A DNA stretch of 64,000 nucleotides from Haplodiscus bocki (taxonomy: Eukaryota). Location: positions 129,642,001 to 129,706,000 of the forward strand of contig OZ296649.1 in NCBI GenBank assembly GCA_965655095.1, read 5' to 3'. Each line of letters starts with the position of its first letter. The first letter of the stretch is position 1. The notes under the pieces were generated by a model. That model was not told the DNA's origin. It saw only the letters and a program-made list of their open reading frames with translations, and made no database searches. Shown in pieces: positions 50,371-63,028 of this stretch. Both the position numbers and the translations under genes were made by a program.

Positions 50371-52799
50371 CTGACTTTGAGGTTACCGCTGAATGATCGT
50401 TTCTGTTCACAACCATAAAAATGAAATGTTGTACGAAAGGATAACAAAAGGCTGTCTGTTTAGAAAGTCGAAAGCAGCCATCACAAGTACAGTTTCAAAT
50501 AGCAACTTTTCCCGTATCCTTCTGGAGAAATTTGTCTTCGACGCTAGTCATTTTGCTCAGAATAATGTAGAGAAGCCGCTACGGGGCAGAATTTCTAAAA
50601 AGACTAGAGTTTTTCTCAATTTATTTCTGTCTCAAAACGAACAATTGCTGACGTGATTCCAAAATTCGTCGGTTGTTTTCATCGGTTCCGTGCAGAGAGG
50701 TAAAAAAAAATTAGAGCAACTCAAACATTTCACGGATGCACAGAGTAAACTAGTTCTTTACATTGTTTCTGAGACAAAACGTCTTGAAACTTGGTACCAA
50801 ACTAAAGTCATAAAACCTTATTGGAGGAAACTTGTGAGTGTTTGGCACGTCTCTGTTTGTAGATTGGTGGTCGTTTAATGGTAGTTGCCCGTTTACTGTT
50901 ATTTGGACTCTAACTGGCTAACTTGGCATTTGCTTTTGCACTAACAGTGGACGTTTACGAACCTCTTTCGACTGGAAAAAAATAAATTCCTCCTTAAAAA
51001 ACATTTTTTGAAAACTCTTATTATGCTAGAATAGTTCGGAGATACACCTAGCAAATTATACAAATCATTTTCGATTCTCTTTCCATGTTTGGTCTTGTTA
51101 AACTTTTCGGGACTCTTCAAAACAATCACCAAATTTGCGTCTATTTCGGGTTTTTGGAAACAATTCCAAAAAAAGTTTCGTTTAATTTTTTTTCGCGAGT
51201 CTCTTTTTGCAAACCACAAATTTTTGTTCAGCACGCTGTTTGAAGCATATTTAAAGTACTGGTTAAATTACATAGTTTTCTACACTTCATCAAAAAATTG
51301 TCGATTCTTGGCGTAAAGTTTTGCCACTGAAACTACCTTTAGTAAGTGTAAAGAGATTTTTTAATTCTACATAAATAAGTGGAGCAGAGTGTGTTTAATT
51401 TCTGTGATACTTCGCCAGGCTCTCTTATTAGTAGAATGTATTATCTGGCACTGGGTAGAACACACATTTTGTCGCCGTAGTTGGCAATGTATTACTTTAG
51501 GGAGACAATGTAATTTGTATGCATGTTTGCATAAAAAAAACTTTCTTATTCCATTATTCTGCACAATGACTGCAAAACACCTGTAACAGAGCTGCAGTCC
51601 GTGTGTTGAGGCTTTTTGAACAACTGATTCTGAATTTTAAAGTATTTTTCTTTCTTGTAAAGACAGTCAAAAAATCGAGGCAACTTAATTATAGGAAGGG
51701 TTTTGTTACAATGACCGGAAGAAGGAAGAGTCTCGTCTGTGAACTATGACGTTAGGATAACTAAATAGACCATGCAGACGTGTATTAAGGCAAGAATTTG
51801 CACCTCAATGTTCTTTGTTCATTTTTTAGTCTTAATAACGAATGTTTTTTTGTCGCTACCACCTTGTTCTGTCAGAGACCAAAAATTACCGCTCATAAAG
51901 CCACTGCTTCTTTGATCAGGCTAGCTATAACCGGCAATGTTTTCTCCAGTTTTTGTCAAGACAGGTTTGAATCTAACCTTTCCTAATTTAGGAGAATATC
52001 CGATTTCCTGGACGTTAAACTCAAAGTCTCCCAGAAAAATGAGAAGAAATGTTTCCGGCTGTTCCTTAATCTTACAAGATAACAAACAGACTTGAAACCT
52101 TTTAAGAGGTTACCGCATTCAGTCAATTGTTGCTTTAGAATTTTTTAACAGAGAAGCGAAATTTTCTCCCGTTCAGATCCTAATTCTTCCCAAAGACGGG
52201 GATGAACACTTCATGATGGCTCAAAAAAAGGTTGTTGTTCCTGTGGGCCCTGCAAACTGATGACATTTGAGACTCTGCTGCTGTATAAGGTGGGCAGGCT
52301 GGATAACTTCATTTGATCAAGCCCAACTTTTGCAAGACATAGGAGGGGAGAAAATGGATAGTGATTATTTGACTTAGAAAAATGATGAATATAAAAACCC
52401 ACTCGATCCTGAAAGTTCAAAGGTAGCTCAAATTTTGAAAATAAACCCGGTTGTGGGCCATAGGAAAAACTTGATCCAGCAAATACTCGGATCGTTTCTT
52501 CTTCTTCTCAAATCGTGATGAAATGGAACAGTAGACAACATAGAAACTTTTTTCTCAACCTAAAATCAAGAATAAGAGTTTGTCGTGGTGTTGTAACAAC
52601 TATAAAATCTCCTTCTTAAAACCATGAGCTGACTCTAGTGGAAAAAAGACAATCACCAGCCATTGTCAAGACTAACCCAAAGGATGAAGTTTTTGATCCC
52701 AAATGGACAATATGATAATCACTAGAAAAGTATGTGTCTTCAAGGCTGATATAGACAAGTTGAGCATTGCCGTAAACCATCAGCGAAATAAGATGTGCT

Positions 52800-52960
52800 T
52801 GAAACGTAATGGACTGTACCTGGAAACGAGTGATTAACGGAACCTTTCAGCAAAAATATTTATCTTCAAAAATGTCTGGACAGTTTGTTCCAGGCGTTGA
52901 ATTTTTTGGGATGAAACAACAAATCATATGTGGAACAAAATCCATCGAAAAGTGATGTTC
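52800..52960 (+). pseudogene. Short packaging ATPase remnant
   Basis: GGAACCTTTCAGCAAAAAT and AGTTTGTTCCAGGCGTTGAATT resemble ~7795-7915. Heavily deleted. Confidence 0.45.
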
Positions 52961-53204
52961 TTTTTCTGATTAAGGTTTTCCGATGAAACCCGAGACTGAA
53001 ACTGTCATTTTAACGCAATTCTGACAAAAAACCTTGTTTTTGAGTAGTACAAATTATTAATCGAGCGATAGAATGTTTTATTGAGAGTAGGACTAAATAT
53101 TTCTTTTTGGTTGAATCATTGGCTATGGTGACTTTAGAATGGAACGTGTATTTTACTCACCCAACCCAACCTTGTTTTTCATGGCGAAATTGTGTCTCCG
53201 AATA

Positions 53205-53630
53205 CTTTCGTAATCGTACAAAAAAATCTTTGAAAATCCTCCACCGTTTTTTTGTATGATTATTGATAACGTTTCGTTCCCTAATTTAGCACATTTTGTC
53301 TCAACCCTGATGTGTAGGAGAAAGTGCTTGAAAGAGTTTGTACCAAAGAAACTGAAGAATTTCGACTACTTTTCCATTCTATTCAGCAATCTACAACAAA
53401 AATTTTGGAAAAATTATTTTGAAAAAGTAGACAGACTTCGCATATCCAGGCCTGATTGACCATTCAAAAAGATTCTCAAGCCACAAGGTACACGAGACAT
53501 TTACGTTTTGGAAACTGTTGCGCCTGCGTCAAGAAAACGGCCCAAATACACACAAAAAAACTTCAATAGGAATAGGAGTTTCGTGGTGAGTTTTATCCAG
53601 TAATTTTGATCAAAGTCAAATAACAATTCA
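53205..53630 (+). pseudogene. INT: Integrase 3' remnant
   Basis: Homologous to ~9540-9950 (TTCCATTCTATTCAGCAA, GACAGACTTCGCATATCCAGG, TCGTGGTGAGTTTTATCC). Confidence 0.7.
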
Positions 53631-54420
53631 ACCGTTTACAAAATAGTTAGTTTTTTTGCAAAGTTTTCGCTAACCATTACATTCTGCTTTTTTGGAATCT
53701 TCCTACAAAACAAACGAATCTGGATTGGCATTATGAGTTTTCAGTTTCAGGGAGATTGCAACTAGCATTGCATCAAAATACTAAAGATGTAGGGTTCGGG
53801 TTTTCAACACATAATGTGCCAGCTTGTCAGGATTATTTTACATAGAATGAGACCTTTCTTTCCGAACATTGTTGTTACTGAAGTCAAGAACATGTTTTTT
53901 TCAAGAGAGACAGAATCTCATTGAAAGTTGTATCACGGTTAAAATGTCTCGAAGAAAAAACGAAAGTTTGGGAAAACCTTCGTAAGGGTATGACTTTGTC
54001 TTGGATTGTTTAGTACGGTCTTTAAACGTGTTTTTTAAGAGAAATGTTTGCACTGAATTTGTAAAAATGCTCAGAGGGAGGAAAGATTGCGAACCATACT
54101 TTGCTTACGAACTTGTCAGCATCCCTTTTTTCTAAATGTACATAGACTTGATTGAGTACAAAAATGTTGGCACCACAAACAATTCAATGCTGCGTTGGTT
54201 TCTTTTTGTTTCAGAACTAAGAGCTGCAGGTTTTATATCAACTAGACAGTACATGAAAAACGAAGCAATTAGTCAGTTACAAATCAGACCGTTGCTCTAA
54301 TAGTTTTTTGAAAGTACTCACCTTGTATTTGAAGATACGAGCGGACGAAAAGCCGTTGTACCACTCCACGCCTTTTGAATAATTTTGGTTTTGAGAAAAA
54401 AATCCAAACAACAATAATGA
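53626..54420 (+). pseudogene. Minor capsid (penton-like) remnant
   Basis: Homologous to 9955-10752 (GACTTGATTGAGTACAA, GATACGAGCGG). Confidence 0.7.
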
Positions 54421-54435
54421 AAAAGGCGTTACAGG

Positions 54436-54770
54436 ATGGTTGCATCAAACCAAGTTAAAATACTAACACCTAGGTGGGTTTGGCCGAGTGCCCTGAAGGG
54501 CATTCCCTTCACTTGCATAAATTATTGGTAGAATAGTAATTCCATTTTTAAGTATATAGGACGTCCCGGCTGCAAAACCTGTTGATGTGGAATCTGTGGA
54601 AATTGCCGAGGTGGTTATTAGAAGAAAATTTTTTAGAAACTGCAAAGAATATGACCTTTGAGAACACAACTGGGTGATAGTATATAGAACAAAAGAATCA
54701 TTCCAACAAAATAAATCGATCAAAAACGTCGCAGCATATAAACAATTTTAGAAACCTTTTCTAAGCGGTC
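54436..54770 (+). pseudogene. Core-like protein remnant
   Basis: CGTTACAGGATGGTTGCATCAA, GTCCCGGCTGCAAAAC and GAAATTGCCGAGGT match 10760-10970. Confidence 0.6.
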
Positions 54771-56624
54771 CTGTCATTCCGTAGTAATAAATGGTACAAA
54801 TTTTCGTGGAACCTTCTCGAAACCTGGAAACCTCGGAGAGGAAATTCAATTAAGTGACGACAATCCGTCATCCCACAATAACAATTTTATCCTACTACCA
54901 CAAATTGATCTAAAATGCGTAGAGTTTGAGCTTCAAAACAAAAGGATTTTTACACTGATTTAACGGATACGTTTTGGGCGATGAGAAAATAACTGTTCAA
55001 AACTCGTTATTACGAAACTTGACTACAAAAAAAGCTTGAAAGAACAAAAAGACTAAAAAAACTGCAGCCAAAGAGAAAATGTAGAACTATACTCCCCTTC
55101 CTCTGGCTACTCATGAAAACAACCTATTGTTGTGATTTTCTTCCATTGTTCAGGTGTAGATCAATAACCATCAGATGTTAATTCCAAATTGACTCATTCC
55201 GAAGGAACATTACCAATACAAATTTTTCCAGGCGGCCTTCTTTGAGTGAAAGAGAGTTCTGAATTGCAAAGGCGAAGACTTCAAACACTCTCCTGACGAG
55301 TTCATGGACGCACCTCTATCTAAACTTTTTTCCGAAGGAGAATGAAACTGCTTCGTGGACGCGGCGGTTTCAGGTTTTTTCAATGTAATTTTGCGACTGA
55401 ATTTTCCTCCAATATTGAATTACTATATCCAGGTTTGACATTTGTGCTACAATCAATCAGAGCCTGATACTGTTTTCAAGTGACTACCCATAAATCATTG
55501 GTTAGTCTCTGAATTGGAGATTGTTTCCTTTAATTTGTCGCATTCCCCTCGAAGAGCACAATCAATTGAATTGAATGGAGATAGCTACACGTGCATCTGC
55601 TGATAAAAACTAGCTGAAGACCCTAGCAATGACCGGCAGACCTTTGAGAACACAACTGGGTGATAGTATTTAGAACAAAAGAATCATTCCAACAAAATAA
55701 ATCGATCAAAAACGTCGCAGCATATAAACAATTTTAGAAACTTTTTCTAAGCGGTCCTGTCATTCCGTAGTAATAAATGGTACAAATTTTCGTGGAACCT
55801 TCTCGAAACCTGGAAACCTCGGAGAGGAAATTCAATTAAGCGACGACAATCCGTCATCCCACAATAACAATTTTATCCTACTACCACAAATTGATCTAAA
55901 ATGCGTAGAGTTTGAACTTCAAAACAAAAAGATTTTTTACACTGACTTAACGGATACGTTTTGGGCGATGAGAAAATAACTGTTCAAATCTCGTTATGAC
56001 GAAACTTTGACTACAAAAAAAGCTCGAAAGAACAAAAAGACTAAAAAAACTGCAGCCAATGAGAAAATGTAGAACTATACTCCCCTTCCTCTGGCTACTC
56101 AAGAAAACAACTTATTGTTGTGAATTTCTTCCATTGTTCAGGTGTAGATCAATAACCATCAGATGTTAATTCCAAATTGACTCATTCCCAAGGAACATTA
56201 CCAATACAAATTTTTCCAGGCGGCCTTCTTTGAGTGAAAGAGAGTTCTGAATTGCAAAGGCGAAGACTTCAAGTACTCTCCTGACGAGTTCATGGACGCA
56301 CCTCTATCTAAACTTTTTTTCCGAAGGAGAATGAAACTGCTTCGTGGATGCGGCGGTTTCAGGTTTTTTTAATGTAATTTTGAGACTGAATTTTCCTCCA
56401 ATATTGAATTACTATATCCAGGTTTGACAATTGTGCTACAATCAATCAGAGCCTGATACTGTTTTCACGTGACTACCAATAAATCAATGGTTAGTCTTTG
56501 AATTGGAGATTGTTTCCTTTAACTTGTCGCATTCCCCTCGAAGAGCACAATCAATTGAATTGGATGGAGATAGCTGCACGTGCATCTGCTGATAAGAACT
56601 AGTTGAAGACCCTAGCAATGACTG
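54653..56624. repeat. ~986-bp direct tandem duplication (core 3' end + MCP 5' half)
   Basis: GACCTTTGAGAACACAACTGGGTGATAGTA at 54653 and 55639; the copies are highly similar through GAAGACCCTAGCAATGAC. Confidence 0.95.
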
Positions 56625-56815
56625 TTATCTATCTTCTCTGACAAAAAGAGAAGAAAATATTTTTTCACATTGACTCAGTTCCTCGGATTGCAACAGCAAC
56701 GAAGACAAACTATGCAATCTTTCGACTGTACCCAGAAGGTGATTCCAGCTATCATCAATTCGATATACGATACTTGAGAAAACTAAGATGGGGTCAATTG
56801 ATGTTAGACTTCGTT
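54792..56815 (+). pseudogene. MCP: Major capsid remnant with internal ~986-bp duplication; 3'-truncated
   Basis: TTATCCTACTAC, GTTAGTCT(C/T)TGAATT match element A MCP. It continues past the element A breakpoint (..VPRIATA..TN..YHQFD..LR.GQ..DF-like) to ~56815. Confidence 0.7.
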
Positions 56816-57849
56816 GGAGCTGATATGTTTGGCATGTGTGTCTTCGTTGCAGCTTATATGTTTTGCTTCTGTGAACGAATCTAGCGGAAGAAGAACTCAT
56901 TCTCATTTTTCATTAGGTTTGCTCATCATGACGCCATAACTGAAACACCTCCACTGAAAAGTTTTACTTGCTTTTTATTAGTTTGCTATATTCACTTCTG
57001 GGTTTCGCTACTCCGACAAAGACGTCAGAAAGTTTTTGATAGTCATTTGATAAAATTCATTACCTCCGTATAAATAGGATTCTTGTATAACCTAAAGTAG
57101 GAAACTTGCCTCGTAGAGCCAAATACTAGTTAGCGGTATTGCAGCAAGGATGCTATTTAGAGCAGGTGTTCTGCAACATAAGGCATGACGACTTCTCATC
57201 AAGGTTTTGAAAAGTTATCTTTCCGAAAGAAAGACGGTAGTGTTTATTTACGTGACCTCATATTTGAGCTCCTTCTGACCAAATGATCAACCAATTGTGA
57301 CCATAAGTTAAAAAAGAAGCGACGTTACTTCCGTGTGCGGTTTCCGCCGTCAAAGCGACAGGTAATTGTTTAAAATCGCCGTCAATAAGCAATTGAAACA
57401 CCCGTGGACTTCCTTCAAGGACCAAACGAAAATCACTTTTGTAATACTCTCCATCACAAAACATACAATTTGCTTTCTTTTCCTTGAAACATAGTTGAAC
57501 GAAATCGTCAAGGACACAGACTGTTCTCGCTTTGGACAGTTGAACGTTATTACGCGGAGGGATTGCAAAAACTGGAAGCATCGAAGTGTCGTCGTCCTTC
57601 AATTGATATCATCTACTTTGCATTGTTACCCTGTTGAACCTCCCAACACCCTTGATTTCTGCTGTGCAAGCGGCATCATTTTTGATGGTTGCAACCTCAT
57701 TTTTGTCTTTTTGTATTTATCACGCCAATCCAGCAGTTACTAAATAGTTCCCAAAGAACTTGATGCCTGCATTCAACTCACTCTGAAACAGATTGCCACA
57801 GATCGAGTGGAAAAGTAATTACAGGGTGACGTCCTTTTGTCCGAAACCG

Positions 57850-58170
57850 ATTGGTCCATTTTGTGTCACTCTTGCCACTCAGAAGAGTTTGGCGTTTTAA
57901 CAATCAGACTGTCCATGGATGATCATTCGGTCCAGCAAGGTAGTACAACCCAGCGGAACAAGAATTTTGATATTTAGGAAGTTTGCACTGATCTGTGTGG
58001 AACACTTGGATTTTGGGAAACCTAGAGGATCTTTTCTGCCCCAAAACTCGAGATCTTGTTGATCCTAAAGCAGACCAAAAGAGTTGCTCAACTCAACTAT
58101 TGCGACACAACCGAACACCCTACTGCTCAGAGATAACGCCACTTGTTTAGTCAGGAAGCAATGGAGTCAG
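57850..58170 (+). pseudogene. Remnant of the DEDD-like conserved gene
   Basis: GAGTTTGGCGTTTT..GAACAAGAATTTT..GTGTGGAACA..CTGCCCCAAAA..GATCTTGTTGATCC match 6930-7230, with an internal deletion. Confidence 0.6.
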
Positions 58171-58536
58171 TAAGTTTTTAGGTTTTGTTTCGTGAATTTT
58201 AATGCCTTCTTTTATACAAAAAAAGTTTGTGGAAAGTATTTTTCATCTCAAGGCTCACTATTGAGAAATTGAGAATAATGGCTAGATGATTGATCAGAAG
58301 ATAAGTTCAGTTCTAACAAAATATCCTCGACATTCACACGCCGGGAGAGACAATCCCAGGCTTTCTGGCCAAAAAATTGTTCCATATCTCTGGTTGTCGT
58401 TTTTTGTCCTAAGTTCTCCGTCACTTTGTTTAATATTTACTCCAGCTTTCGGGACTTCATTTTTAAAACCCTGCGGTGAATCAATTGTTTCAGGTCAGAT
58501 TTTGGTGCAGTGAAGCGGAAACTTTTCACTGTGGCC

Positions 58537-59270
58537 ATGACAATGATCAGAGTAAGAATCGTCTTTTCATCACTGGCTGCACCGTAGGAGGCAAGAAAAA
58601 TGCAGATTCTTTGCAATTGGCTAAAATTTGGGGCAATGAACGTTTCAACCAAAGTACCACAAAACTTACTTTTTTTATCAACAGTCCTAACCATTTCACG
58701 AACTTATGCAGAAAAAGCGGAATGCTTCTAGTTTGTTCAAGGCTTAAACCTTGAATTCATCAACTCGCTTGAAATCAACGGTACAAAAAACCTAATAAAT
58801 TTTAACGAGTCTTGAGAATTTATTTGTATTTCAGAAGTTCTTTTTGACAAGGCTTGTGCTGGAATGCATCGAGGATTGGATATTTATTTTCCGACTTCAG
58901 ACACAAGCTTCTTTCATTAATGTAATTTAGGCCAGGACACTGTGCTTCATGGCACACAAATTGATCTGATCAGTTCTCCTGGTGACAACGCTGAGTAAAG
59001 CAATATGTCTTGCATCAGCGCTGGTTGACTGATAATGAGACGCAACATCTGCTCCTTGCGGCTGTTTTCGAACGACTTGTCGCTACAAATAAACGATTGA
59101 CTACGTGGCTCTACAAACATTGGGTGCTTTCCATGGGGAAATTGTATTTCCGAATACTTGAAATTTTCAAAGCTTTTCGGTAAAAAACAAGCAACATCTT
59201 TTGACTCTCCAAGTTTTGCAACTGTATCTCCCAGAAGTAAGTCTTGCCTCGCAGACCTGTCAGACCGGTG
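58537..59270 (+). pseudogene. Packaging ATPase remnant
   Basis: ACGTTTCAACCAAAG, TTATGCAGAAA, AGTTTGTTCAAGG, GCTGGAATGCATCGAGGATTG and ACAAACATTGG are collinear with 7700-8430. Confidence 0.75.
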
Positions 59271-59889
59271 TTTTGCAGGTTTGTATGCCAATGCCACTTG
59301 GATCTTCGCCGACGAAAACTACTAAGCACAAAACGGCAGCACGTAGCTAAATCCAAGAAGAAGTGTGTTTTTTTGCCAATACAAAACTTTGTTCGGCATA
59401 AACGATGAATTCTGGCGTCCGAAAATGACTGTATGATCCTAAAAGTAACTTCCTTTGGCTCGTTAACCATGGTTTTTCATATGGAACAGTTTTTTTGTCC
59501 CAACTTCTGCGTACAACAACAAATTGAATTTGCAAGCGTTTATGAAGCAAGAACTTCGAAAAAATCAAACTCAGTTGATTCCCACGTACCAAATTAACTC
59601 GCTTGATAAGGAAACAAACAAAATTTTGATTTGATCAAACTGACGCACTAGTGGATACATTTTTGAGCTTTCCTGTTATTAGGTTCTCAAAAGCTCAGTC
59701 TTTGGTTTAGGATGGTGTGAAAAAGGTCGTTTACTCTCTGACTCAGCGCACCGTCTGCGTCGTGGAAGCGCAGACGTTCCAGACTAGACTTCTAGTTTAA
59801 GTTACTTGACGCAGCCAGTATATCGTCTACTCTGATTCTGGAACGAAAAATATAGCCATACGCAAGGGACCTGGGTCCCTTTAAAACTT

Positions 59890-60795
59890 AGGACGTCAGA
59901 AACTGCAAAGTTTGAAGTTTGTACACGCAAGGTGAAGCAGCTCATGGTTTTGTGCAAAAAATGGTTAAATCTGGCAATCCGCAAGTATCAAAAGTCAAAC
60001 TTTTTTTGCATCTAAGGAACTCATGTACAAAAATTACGGTGACAACACGAAACTGAAGAGACTAAAGGCATTGACAGATTCAAAGCAAAAAATGATGCAT
60101 CGATCTGGCTTATGTTCATAAGCTGGCAAGAAACAACAAATTTGTAAGCTGTTTGTCACTTCGGCAAGACTTGTTCGATAGAAGCATAGATGCAAAAAGA
60201 AAAATAAATTAAATGATTCCATTGATACTATTCGAGCTTTTCCAGTTACAACTACAAAAAAGAATTGGCCGAAAAATGTTGAGTCGACACGGGCGCAGAA
60301 ATTTTCGGAGAGTTTAAAAAGACTTGGAACACCGAACTGATACACAACCACTATAAAAGTATTGAGATTAAGTCAGTGTTTCGTAATCGTACAAGAAATT
60401 AATTGAAAATACTTCACTGTTAATTGTATGATTTTTGATAACGTTTCGTTCCCTAATTTCGCATATTTTGTCTCAACCTTGATGTTCAGGAGAAAGTGCT
60501 TGATAGAATTTGTACCAAACCACTTGAGGAAGTTCGACAATTTGTCCATTCTATTCAGCAATCTACAAAAAAAAGTTTGAAAAAATTATTTTGAAAAAAT
60601 AGACAGACTTCACATATCCAGGCCTGATTGACCATTCAAAAAGATTTTCAAGCCACAAGGTACACGAGACAATTACGTTTTGGAAACTGTTGCGCTTGCG
60701 TCAAGAAAATGGACCAAATACACAAAAAAACATCAACAGGATTAGGATTTCCGTGGTGAATTTTATCCGGAAATGTTGATCAAGATCAAATAACA
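59890..60795 (+). pseudogene. INT: Integrase remnant
   Basis: CGCAAGGTGAAGCAGCTCATGG, AGTATCAAAAGT, GATCTGGCTTATGTTCATAAGCTGGC, CAAGACTTGTTCGATAGA are collinear with 9080-9950. Confidence 0.75.
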
Positions 60796-61610
60796 ATTCA
60801 ATTGCTTACAAATTAGTTAGTTTTTGATTTTTTTTTGCTAAGTTTTCGCTAACCACTATATTCTGCTTTTTTTGGAATCTTTCTACGAAACAAACGAATC
60901 TAGATTGGCATTATGAGTTTTCAGTTTCAGGGAGATTGCACCTAGCATTGCATCAAATTACTAAAGATGTAGGTTTCGGGTTTTCAACACATAATGTGCC
61001 AGCTTGTCAGGATTAGTTTACATAGAATGAAACCTTTCTTTCCGAACATTGTTGTTGCTGAAGTCAAGAACATGTTTTTTTCAAGAGAGACAGAATCTCA
61101 CTGAAAGTTGTATCACGGATAAAATGTCTCGAAGAAAACACTAAAGTTTAGGAAAACCTTCGTAAGGGTATGATTTTGTCTTGCATTTTTTAGTACGGAC
61201 TTTGAAAAAGCTTTTTAAACGAAATGTTGGCAGTGCATTTTTAAAGATGCTCAGAAGAAGAAAACCTCGCAAACCAGAGTTTGCTCACGAACTTGTCAGC
61301 ATCCATTTTTTCTAAATGTACCTAAATGTGCATACACTTGATTGAGTACAAAATTGTTGGCAACACAAACAATTCAATGCTGCGTTGGTTTCCTTTTGTT
61401 TCGGAACTAAAAGCTGCAGACTTTATGTCAACTGGACAGTACATGAAATTTGAAGCATTTAGTCACTTTGAATTCAGACCGCTGCTCTAAAAGTCTTTTG
61501 AAAGTATTCACCTTGTATTTAAAAATAAAAGCGGACGAAAAACCGTTGTACCACTCCATGTCTTTTGACTTGCTTTGGTTTTGAGAAGAACGTCCAATTT
61601 TCAATATTAA
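60796..61610 (+). pseudogene. Minor capsid (penton-like) remnant
   Basis: Duplicate of 53626-54420; homologous to 9955-10752. Confidence 0.7.
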
Positions 61611-61625
61611 AAAAGGCGTTCCAGG

Positions 61626-61960
61626 ATGGTTGCATCAAACCAAGTCAAAAAACCAACTCCTAGGTGGGGTTGGCCAAGTGCCCTGAAGGGCATTCCCTGC
61701 ACTTGCACAAATTATTGGTAGAGTAGTAATTCTACTTTTATGTAAATATGTCGCCACGGCTGCAAAACCTGTTGGTGTGGAATCTGTGGAAATTGCCGAG
61801 GTTGTTACTAGCAGAAGATATTTCAGAAAACTGCAAAGAATGGGACCGCAGACCTTGAGAACACAACTGGGTGATGGTATTGAGAACAAAAGAATCACTC
61901 CAACAGAAAAAATTGATCAATCAAATCGGTGCATATGAACAATTTTGGAAACTTTTCTCG
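61626..61960 (+). pseudogene. Core-like protein remnant
   Basis: ALAQIIGRVVILLLCKYVATAAKPVG..EIAEVVTS is readable; homolog of 10771-11130. Confidence 0.65.
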
Positions 61961-61987
61961 GCGGTCCTGTCATTCCGGAGTAATTTT

Positions 61988-63028
61988 TGGTACAATTTCT
62001 TGTGGCACCTTCTGGAAACCTGGAAACCTTGGAAAGAAAATTCAATTAAGTGACGAGAATCCGTGATCCCGCAAACGACAATTTTATCCTACTACCACAA
62101 ATTGATCTAAAATGCGTGGGGCTTGAACTTCAATACAAGAGGATTTATTACGTTGACTTAACGCATACTTTTTGGGCGATGAGAAAAAAACTGTTCAAAA
62201 TTGGTTATGACGAAACTTTGACTACAAAAAACTGCTCGAAAGAACACAAAGGTTTAAAAAGCTGCAGCCAATGAAAAGGTATAGAATTATACTGCCGTTC
62301 CTCTAGCTACTCAAGAAAACAACTTTTTGTTGTGAATTTCTTCCATTGTTCAGGTGTAGATCAATAACCATCAGATGTAATTTTCAAATAGACTCATTGC
62401 GAAGGAACATTACCAGTCCAACTACTTCCAGGGGGCCTTCTTTGAGTGAAAGAGAGTTCTTAATTGCAAAGGCGAAGACTTCAAATACTCTCCTGACGAG
62501 TGCATGGACGCACCTCTGCCTAAATATTTTTTCTGAAGGAGAATGAAACTGCTTCGTGGACGCGGTGGTTTCAGGTTTTTTTTTGTAAATTTGAGACTGA
62601 TTTTTCCTCCAACACTGAATTACTATATCCAGGTTTAACATTTGGGCTACAATCAATCAGAGCCGGACATTGTTTTCACGTGACTACCCATAAATCCATG
62701 GTTAGTCTTTGAATTAGTGATTGTTTCCTTTAATTTGTCGCATTGCCCTCGAAATGCATGATCATTTGAAAAGAATGGAGATAACTGCACATGCTTTTGG
62801 TGATAAAAACTATTCGGAGACCCTTGTAATGACTATTATCAATCTTCACAGACAAAACAAGAAGACAGATACTGTTTTAACAATGGTTCAGTTCCTCGGA
62901 TTGATACCGCAACGGAGACAAACTATGCAATCTTTGGACCGTACCCAGAAGGTGATTCCAGCTGTCAAAAGTTCGATTTAAGACAATTGAGAAAACTAAG
63001 AGGGGGTCAATTGATATTAGACTTCTTT
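61988..63028 (+). pseudogene. MCP: Major capsid remnant, 3'-truncated at the same point as the 56815 copy
   Basis: DLKCVGLELQYKRIYYVDLTHTFWAMRKKL, CRIALEMHDHLKRM..NYSETL..II, LRKLRGGQLILDF, then the same junction sequence as at ~56815. Confidence 0.75.

Larger units (their letters stand above)
46590..56815. mobile_element. Degenerate Polinton/Maverick element B (pPolB 5' end to major capsid), syntenic with element A
   Basis: Same order of homologous blocks as 830-11880: promoter repeats, 19-bp element, acidic gene, EGF gene, AT-rich repeats, ATPase remnant, integrase 3' end, minor capsid, core, MCP. Confidence 0.8.

Noticed and set aside
50400-52780. Short ORFs in the element B accessory region
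   Set aside because: No recognisable motifs and no confident alignment to element A by eye; left unannotated.
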